The notes under the pieces: generated by a model
Told to the model about the DNA's origin: nothing
Seen by the model: the letters and a program-made list of their open reading frames with translations, nothing else
Database searches by the model: none
Program-made: the position numbers and the translations under genes
In this document: positions 63,120 to 64,000 of the stretch, in pieces
Layout: each line of letters begins with the position of its first letter
How positions within the stretch are numbered: the first letter of the stretch is position 1
Source: Octopus vulgaris
Taxonomy: Eukaryota
Length of the DNA: 64,000 nt
Assembly (NCBI GenBank): GCA_951406725.2
Contig: OX597814.1
Coordinates: 54,188,001-54,252,000, forward strand
Reading direction: 5' to 3'

Positions 63120-63620
63120 AATTATATTATTATTGTTGTTATTTTTTTTCTTCCCCAATTCACAGCTTTACAGACGTAATTTAGCAGGTGCATTTTCTAT
63201 GTGACTTCAGTTACCTAAAAACGTTTTTATTGTTCTCCCTGTCCCTAATAAACAAACTTTTTGAAGCAATCCCAATCTTCTTCACCCATCCTTTCAGTCT
63301 GCTGGTCACTGTACTGGATGACTCTAAAGGGATAGAAATGACTCAAACCTTCTTGCAGTATCATATTCTGTCTAATTTCAATTCACAAGCTTTGGTATCA
63401 ATCTTATCTGTTTCCTTCTCAGTCACTTTTCAATGAAAAAGACATGCCATATCTACCAAGAGGAAGGCTCTCTTCTTATCTAAAATGACTGTCCAGGATT
63501 TAGTATGTTTTGTTGTGTTGTCAGTCTAAACCTTTATGTTTCACAATATCTTCAATTACTAAATTCTCTAGGACTTTTTCTGCTTTGAGCTTGTATCATC
63601 TTTCTGCATAGTTTTATGAA
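63120..63620 (-). pseudogene. Decayed R4/Dong-like retrotransposon 3' end
   Basis: Minus strand KAEKVLEN, LKIL, VILDKKRAFLLVDMAC, KVTEKETDKI, TVTSRLKGWVKKIGI with stops; ends in (AAT/AAC)n. Confidence 0.7.
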
Positions 63621-63623
63621 GTA

Positions 63624-64000
63624 CTAGCAGTATCGCCCGGCGTTGCTCGGATTTGTAAGGGAAATAACTATATAAGCATTTTTAGTGAGTTATAGCAAAA
63701 AATGCATTAAAAATGGAATAAAAAATGATGGTAATTTTTTTTTAAATCGTTGACTCATCGTGGACATTTTTAGAGGGTTACTTCCCTTATATAATAGCGA
63801 AAAATGCATTAAAATGGAATAAAAAAATGATGGTAATTTTTTTTAATCGTTGACTCATCGTAGACATTTTTAGAGAGTTACTTCCCTTATATAATAGCGA
63901 AGAATGCATTAAAATGGAATAAAAAATGATGGTAAATTTTTTTTTTAATCGTAGACTCATCGTAGACGCGCGCTAATACCCAGAAGGGCTCGATATGAAT
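63624..64000 (-). mobile_element. Non-autonomous Helitron (same family as 21367-21761), cut by window edge
   Basis: A|CTAGCAGTATCGCCCGGCGTTGCTCGG is the reverse complement of the 3' end at 21735-21761. Confidence 0.88.

Noticed and set aside
63188-63436. Plus-strand 82-aa ORF after a cag acceptor
   Set aside because: It is the antisense of a decayed R4/Dong-like endonuclease region.

Overview
AT-rich, repeat-dense eukaryotic DNA with long (TA)n/(CA)n/(TAA)n/(GAT)n microsatellites and many SINEs. The repeat repertoire looks like a coleoid cephalopod, probably Octopus; this is an inference from remembered SINE and RTE motifs, not a database result. I found no intact host protein-coding gene, rRNA, bona fide tRNA gene or CRISPR array, so the window reads as intronic or intergenic. 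It is a mosaic of decayed transposons: RTE LINEs with a PHD-type zinc finger inside the RT region, Penelope-like elements (RT plus GIY-YIG), R4/Dong-like and CRE-like restriction-endonuclease LINE ends, Tc1/mariner and hAT/Buster remnants and MITEs, Helitrons, two probable solo LTRs and at least four SINE families. The most notable signal is RNA-structural. Several small repeat families carry minimal type-I hammerhead ribozyme motifs: (i) a Penelope pseudo-LTR with a tRNA-like Pol III cassette fixed about 70 nt upstream of the hammerhead, (ii) ~180-200 bp hammerhead-bearing elements sitting in (TA)n tracts, and (iii) short inverted-repeat elements enclosing a hammerhead. All copies seen here carry core substitutions, so activity is inferred only for the consensus. 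Boundaries were read by eye and may be off by several bases.
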